64,000 nucleotides of DNA from an uncultured Bacteroidales bacterium. GTDB lineage: Bacteria; Bacteroidota; Bacteroidia; Bacteroidales; UBA932. Below are positions 63,051 to 64,000 of the stretch, piece by piece. How positions within the stretch are numbered: the first letter of the stretch is position 1; every line of letters starts with the position of its first letter. The DNA is taken from assembly GCA_947306365.1 (NCBI GenBank), contig CAMZGD010000004.1, positions 52,531-116,530 on the forward strand. The letters run 5' to 3'. The notes under the pieces were generated by a model that was given only the letters and a program-made list of their open reading frames with translations, was not told the origin of the DNA and made no database searches. Made by a program: the position numbers and the translations under genes.

Positions 63051-64000
63051 AGCATTCCAGAGAACCTATACGCGGCTTGAAGCCATCACCAAGGCGACGG
63101 TGACGCTTCACGCCCAGGGCATCAGCAACGACGAGCTCGCCACCGTGGCCGGCCGCCTGGCCCAGGTCGTGAAGATCAAGGGCGACCTGATCACCCTGCA
63201 GGTGTTTGCCGGAACCGAAGGCATTCCGACCAACGCGGAAGTACTGTTCTTCGGCGAGCCGCCCACGCTCGAGGTGAGCGAGGAACTGTCCGGCCGCTTC
63301 TTCAATGCTTATGGCGACCCCATCGACGGCGGTCCGCGGGTGGAAGGCGAGCGCCGGCAGATCGGCGGCCCGTCCGTCAACCCCTACAAGCGCAAGCAGC
63401 CGTCACAGCTCATCCCGACCGGCATCGCCGGCATCGACCTGAACAACACGCTGGTCTCCGGCCAGAAGATCCCGTTCTTCGCCGACCCGGACCAGCCCTA
63501 CAACCAGGTAATGGCACAGGTAGCGCTCCGCGCCGACGTGGATAAGATCATCCTGGGCGGCATGGGTCTCTCGAACGACGACTACCTTTATTTCCGGCAC
63601 GAGTTCGAAAGCGCCGGCGCCCTGTCCAAGATCATCAGCTTCGTCAACACCACCGACCAGCCGCCTGTGGAACGCCTGCTGATTCCCGACATGGCCCTGA
63701 CGGCCGCCGAATACTTCGCCGTGGACAAGAACGAAAAGGTGCTCGTCCTGCTGACCGACATGACGCTCTACGCCGATGCGCTCTCCATCGTGAGCAACCG
63801 CATGGACCAGATTCCGTCGAAGGACTCGATGCCGGGATCGCTCTATTCCGACCTGGCCAAGATCTACGAGAAGGCCGTGCAGCTGCCGACTGGCGGCTCG
63901 ATCACCATCATCGCCGTGACCACGCTCAACGACGGCGACATCACCCACGCCATTCCCGACAACACCGGCTACATCACTGAAGGACAGCTCTACCTGCGCG
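63040..64000 (+). CDS. V-type ATP synthase subunit B (5' part; continues beyond the window)
   Basis: My own translation gives MSSKAFQRTYTRLEAITKATVTL...TGIAGIDLNNTLVSGQKIPFF...LTDMTLYADALSIVSNRMDQIPSKDSMPGSLYSDLAKIYEKA...ITEGQLYL. The ATG overlaps the subunit A stop. It is absent from the ORF track because there is no stop within the window. Confidence 0.9.
   Translation, partial: MSSKAFQRTYTRLEAITKATVTLHAQGISNDELATVAGRLAQVVKIKGDLITLQVFAGTEGIPTNAEVLFFGEPPTLEVSEELSGRFFNAYGDPIDGGPRVEGERRQIGGPSVNPYKRKQPSQLIPTGIAGIDLNNTLVSGQKIPFFADPDQPYNQVMAQVALRADVDKIILGGMGLSNDDYLYFRHEFESAGALSKIISFVNTTDQPPVERLLIPDMALTAAEYFAVDKNEKVLVLLTDMTLYADALSIVSNRMDQIPSKDSMPGSLYSDLAKIYEKAVQLPTGGSITIIAVTTLNDGDITHAIPDNTGYITEGQLYLR

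Noticed and set aside
1-64000. CRISPR arrays, rRNA genes, or recognisable defence systems (restriction-modification, toxin-antitoxin, CBASS, retrons)
   Set aside because: I saw no regularly spaced direct repeats, no cas, nuclease/methylase or reverse-transcriptase signatures, and no rRNA-like sequence. The only mobile-type enzyme is the Y1 transposase at 31860-32831.

Overview
The window looks like a high-GC (about 60%, judged by eye) Bacteroidales chromosome segment, plausibly Alistipes/Rikenellaceae-like. That assignment is an inference from gene content (SusC/SusD pair, hybrid two-component regulator, Na+-methylmalonyl-CoA decarboxylase operon, V-type ATPase) and from recurring TAnnTTTG -7 promoter boxes. 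It is densely coding, with about 55 CDS and one tRNA-Ser(GGA); I saw no rRNA and no CRISPR.

Main blocks:
- 1-9 kb: housekeeping and envelope genes, including a radical SAM enzyme, a cytidylate-kinase-like protein, a YtxH/holin-X-like operon, an MscS-type channel, pfkA and an acyltransferase.
- 9-31.6 kb: a polysaccharide-utilisation locus (PUL) arranged as two convergent operons plus a hybrid two-component regulator. It holds two GH3 glycosidases, six serine esterases of two families, SusC/SusD and a four-module lipoprotein. I recognised no endo-glycanase.
- 31.6-33.1 kb: an AT-richer Y1/HUH (IS200/RAYT-like) transposase gene flanked by roughly 151-bp hairpin-bearing direct repeats.
- 33-52 kb: S41 peptidase, pyrG, a third GH3, purF-purC, lysA, ffh, pdxB, recF and yebC.
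- 52-64 kb: the mce-mmdA-(LTD-OadG)-mmdC-mmdB propionate/Na+ operon, a VanX-like dipeptidase, a MATE pump, an EcsC-like orphan, and the start of a V-ATPase operon (E, DUF2764, A, B).

Most interesting non-standard signals:
1. The RAYT-like module with structured direct-repeat flanks and an unexpected 13-bp outer direct repeat.
2. A 130-nt element with 27-bp inverted arms enclosing three mini-hairpins, lying inside the PUL operon.
3. A TGTTCAA direct-repeat operator-like motif shared by three PUL-linked promoters. It ties a distal GH3 gene to the PUL.
4. The esterase-dominated PUL itself.

The many very long ORFs antisense to real genes are high-GC artefacts. All coordinates of small elements were counted by hand, and no searches or computations were run.
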